A stretch of DNA of 63,349 nucleotides, the filler included. It is 9 parts of 9 records of this genome, joined end to end, with 100 filler letters (N's around TTAATTAATTAA, not from the genome) between each part and the next. Parts side by side here need not be neighbours in the genome. Positions count along the whole stretch, not along the records: positions 56,034 to 63,349 come from SRR31156797_33314; 8 more parts are not named here. One strand, given 5' to 3'. Position numbers and translations under genes: made by a program. The notes under the pieces were generated by a model. It had not been told where the DNA came from, did not search any database, and was given only the letters and a program-made list of their open reading frames with translations. Position 1 is the first letter of the stretch. Each line of letters begins with the position of its first letter. Positions 60,141-63,349 of this stretch are shown here, piece after piece.

Positions 60141-60934
60141 TTGAATCCGAGTCCCAGATGGCTTCCGGAGAGATGCAGATCCATCGCGGGAGTCCCTTCC
60201 CATCCTGTATCCCATACGCCATACAGTACGGCAATGCGGTTTTCATAAGGGCTTTTAAAAGCTCCGAATACAGTAATGCCAATCTGCGGAACGAGATCGT
60301 CCTCAGGCGTTATCCCCTTATAGATGACCTTACTTCTCCTGGTGTCTTTTTCAATCCGGATTCCATATTCGGATAGGTAGTGCTCTCGATCATTTTCATC
60401 ATAACCTTCGATGCCGAAAGGGTGGGCTTGATAAGTTTCATTATCCAGAACTAAGGGAAAGGTTGAAAAATCTGATAGGGTAATCTTTCCTATTCTCTGT
60501 CGGGTCAGTTCTTGTTCATACTCTGCTGAAATTTTCTTCCAATCCTCATAGGAAGCGAGTGGAGAGTTAGCCACTTCACCAATGAAATCATCATCAAAGA
60601 TGGTTTTCTGATAGATCAGTTCATCTTCTACCATATCCATGATGTTGAAACTTACAGGACGCCATGATCCTCCCCTCTCGCTAAAAGACTCTTCAATGAT
60701 ATAAGCGAACTTTCCGTCATCCGACCATCCTATGGGATAAAATCCCTCGGGATGATAACCCCATTGATCGTTCTCAATGGCTTCTGAAACAGTTTGATCC
60801 ATAAAAGAAACGCTTACGGAAACGGGTCTTTCTATATCTCTATATTCCAACAGGGGCAGGGGCCAGTAATTGGCCTGGGCAGACAGAGATGCGGTTACCA
60901 GTCCCAGAATTACGATGGTACAAAACTTTTTCAC
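60137..60934 (-). CDS. Hypothetical secreted acidic protein
   Basis: AGGAG RBS before GTG; signal peptide ending SLSA. Confidence 0.75.
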   Translation of the reverse strand: MKKFCTIVILGLVTASLSAQANYWPLPLLEYRDIERPVSVSVSFMDQTVSEAIENDQWGYHPEGFYPIGWSDDGKFAYIIEESFSERGGSWRPVSFNIMDMVEDELIYQKTIFDDDFIGEVANSPLASYEDWKKISAEYEQELTRQRIGKITLSDFSTFPLVLDNETYQAHPFGIEGYDENDREHYLSEYGIRIEKDTRRSKVIYKGITPEDDLVPQIGITVFGAFKSPYENRIAVLYGVWDTGWEGTPAMDLHLSGSHLGLGFK

Positions 60935-60951
60935 AAACAGCTCCTTCTTGT

Positions 60952-61650
60952 TTAATTCATATTCCTGTAAAAAGGAATGCTTTGGCTTTCTCCGTTACTA
61001 TAGACCACGAATAATAGCTCTTCATCGAAATCAATATTAATATCGGTTAAATTTACCGGTTTGCCGTCATCTCCCTCTTCTTTTGGAATGTAATCATAAA
61101 AGATTCCGTAACCGTCGGCGATTCGACCTCCGTCCGATTCTATTTCATCCGTAAAGACCATAAGGGCATTATTTGTTTCATAAAATCCGGATTCCTTGGT
61201 TCCTATATGAAAAACACCGTACTCATTTTCAATTCTTTTTCGATAAAGCCAGCCTTTTTCATCGGGGACAAGAGATTTTTCTTCTGCCAGTCTCCATTGT
61301 ATCAACGATTTCTGAGGACGATTTCCTGGCAGTTCCATAGTAAAGGTAAAGCCCGAATCTCTTTTCTCACAGAAAAACCCGTCATCAATTCTGTATACGC
61401 CGTCATCTCCGAATCCCTGTGGATCAAAGGGAATCAAGTCGTATCTGAACTCTTCTCCATCAATCGTTTTGACAAGAGCATCTTCGCGGACGTCCCATTC
61501 TTCTCCGGGATACTCAACTGAATGCCAGATCCGGGAATCGTTTTTTTCAAAAACATACAACTCTCCCTCCCTGTCAAAGGCCAGCTGGACGGCATCATCC
61601 GGGGCAAACAGGACAGCCATATAAAACAACAGTTCAATCCAGGGTATCAT
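60952..61650 (-). CDS. Hypothetical protein with N-terminal hydrophobic segment
   Basis: AGGAG RBS; operon-like spacing with neighbours. Confidence 0.7.
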   Translation of the reverse strand: MIPWIELLFYMAVLFAPDDAVQLAFDREGELYVFEKNDSRIWHSVEYPGEEWDVREDALVKTIDGEEFRYDLIPFDPQGFGDDGVYRIDDGFFCEKRDSGFTFTMELPGNRPQKSLIQWRLAEEKSLVPDEKGWLYRKRIENEYGVFHIGTKESGFYETNNALMVFTDEIESDGGRIADGYGIFYDYIPKEEGDDGKPVNLTDINIDFDEELLFVVYSNGESQSIPFYRNMN

Positions 61651-62111
61651 TAGTTTTTTCTCCTATTCCCGGCGGGTTTTCTGAAACGACGTATAAAAAA
61701 TCGCCTGATCTCTCTCCTGCTAATATAAAGGGAAATAAATAGACCAATCATCATAGAAACGGCAATCGGGCCTCATTAAATGCGGATATTCGCGAATTCA
61801 ACATTCCGTTTATCCAGAGAGGAATATAAGATTCGGCGAGTATCTCCTATTTTCGCCTTTAAGGGGTAACGGGTTTTGTATATCCCTTTCTGTGAGGTTC
61901 CTTCCTCATCCTGGTAACGGAATACATATTGGTATAGAGTCTGGTATTCGGTTTCCAGACCGAAAAATTCATTTACAGTTATAACCGTCCCGATTGTTAC
62001 CTGCCCTGAATAACGTCAGGATAAATTGTAGAAAATGTATATGGAACTCAAAAACAATCCGGTAAATACAGGGATAAAATAAGTTCACTGTGGATTCTTG
62101 TTTTTTTACAT
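61650..62111 (-). pseudogene. Nonsense-disrupted TM-beta-TM membrane protein (DUF3592-like)
   Basis: One 154-codon frame with in-frame stops at 62108, 62087, 62018, 61778 and 61775 and no frameshift; final TAA overlaps the next ATG. Confidence 0.6.
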
Positions 62112-62531
62112 TTCTCTTTTATGTTCACTGTACAATAAACTCTTCAGATATTTTCTTTAGGTGAAATATATTGTCCCTCTGATTATAAAAATCATTAAAA
62201 CCAGTAATAAATAGCGTCCAGTTCCTATAATGTATTCCCTTTCTTAAAGGATTTCAAAGAGCGTATCTTCATTGTTCAATAAAAGGAGATGCCTGACAAA
62301 CAATTCAAAGGGGCAATTACATACCCCTTTGGGGGTATTTTGATATAATAGTGACGGAGAAGGTAATAAGAAGGTACTAGAAAAAGTTCTTTCGATAATC
62401 TAAATAGATATCCTCCATTGTTATATATAATGAACCCATATTGCTTTAAATAAGTGGTTTTTGATAAATTTTCTGTCTGGATTGCTATTTTTACGTTCTC
62501 TATTTTAACTTGGAAGGAGACTATTTTTAAT

Positions 62532-63329
62532 ATGGATGTGTATATAAATAAAGGGAGCTCATCCCTTAAAGGGATTCTATTATTTCTTTTTCATGGTTTC
62601 ATTGGCGGTCTCATAGGGGCTCTTCTTGTATTCTTAATCGAATGGAAGCTTAATATCTCTCTTATTATCCTTTTTCCGGCATTCATGGGATTTACGGCCG
62701 GACTTGGTTGTGTACGTGGCATTAAAAAAGGTGCGTTGCGCCATAATCCAACGGTTATGGTACTTGCCGTAGTTCTTGGTATTATAGTGTATTTCGTGCC
62801 TCTCTTTTTCAAGTCGATTGCATGGGGGCTTGGATTTTCTGAACTCCTGTCTCATCTTATCAGGGAGGGCTTTATCATCAAAAGAGCCGCTTTTGCGGGT
62901 GTATGGGTTCTTATAATCTGGCTCATTGAATGCATTATCACTGTATTTATATGCTATTCCATAGCATCTAAGCAGGCAAATAAACCCTACTGCAGCCAAT
63001 GCCTTACCTGGGCCGATGACTATTCTGGAAATGTATACAGTCATATTAATACGAAAGGAGCATTAATTGATTCAATAAAAAACGAAGAATATCAGACTTT
63101 CATCAATGCTATCGCTCCGGTAGAAAATGAAGAGGTCCCGCGAGTGGAGCTGGAACTCCATGTTTGTCCCGATTGTGATGATTTTCATTATTTATCTCTA
63201 TTGCATCATTTCAAGAATGAAAAAGGGAAAGAACGATCTGAAAATATACTGCAATATGTGAAAATCCCTTTGTCCTTGTCCAAGGCTCTCCGGGAAATCT
63301 CCCCTTCCGATTCCCGGGAAAAGGGATAG
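62532..63329 (+). CDS. Four-TM membrane protein with C-terminal CxxC...CxxC zinc-ribbon-like domain
   Basis: AAGGAG RBS before ATG 62532; YCSQC and CPDC. Confidence 0.75.
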   Translation: MDVYINKGSSSLKGILLFLFHGFIGGLIGALLVFLIEWKLNISLIILFPAFMGFTAGLGCVRGIKKGALRHNPTVMVLAVVLGIIVYFVPLFFKSIAWGLGFSELLSHLIREGFIIKRAAFAGVWVLIIWLIECIITVFICYSIASKQANKPYCSQCLTWADDYSGNVYSHINTKGALIDSIKNEEYQTFINAIAPVENEEVPRVELELHVCPDCDDFHYLSLLHHFKNEKGKERSENILQYVKIPLSLSKALREISPSDSREKG

Positions 63330-63349
63330 CGGTCAGAAGAGCTTCGATT

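Overview
This window is not one locus. It is nine unrelated 5-13 kb contigs joined by artificial 100-nt linkers (N-runs around TTAATTAATTAA), consistent with an anoxic-community metagenome. Taxon labels are inferred from gene content and style. (1) 1-6963, deltaproteobacterium-like: a glrK-qseG-glrR-like sigma54 system and a probable target promoter. (2) 7064-12539, spirochaete-like: tmRNA and smpB separated by accessory genes. (3) 12640-18082, deltaproteobacterium-like: an SLC5-fused (CrbS-like) kinase and regulator beside an acyl-CoA synthetase. (4) 18183-31400, Bacteroidetes: a pectin/rhamnogalacturonan PUL. (5) 31501-37776, deltaproteobacterium-like: RND/TolC, GT4, SIR2-like, fdhE and fdh. 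(6) 37877-43319, low-GC anaerobe: a RAYT with REP-like repeats, GGDEF and FNT. (7) 43420-49092, Bacteroidetes-like: a hydrazine-synthase-like operon. (8) 49193-55933, Methanosarcinales-like housekeeping genes. (9) 56034-63349, spirochaete-like: an array of orphan envelope proteins with an unannotated pseudogene. The most striking candidate novel system is contig 7: an ASPIC/UnbV FG-GAP lipoprotein, an HzsA-like haem lipoprotein and a fused HzsB/HzsC-like trihaem protein in an apparently non-anammox organism.
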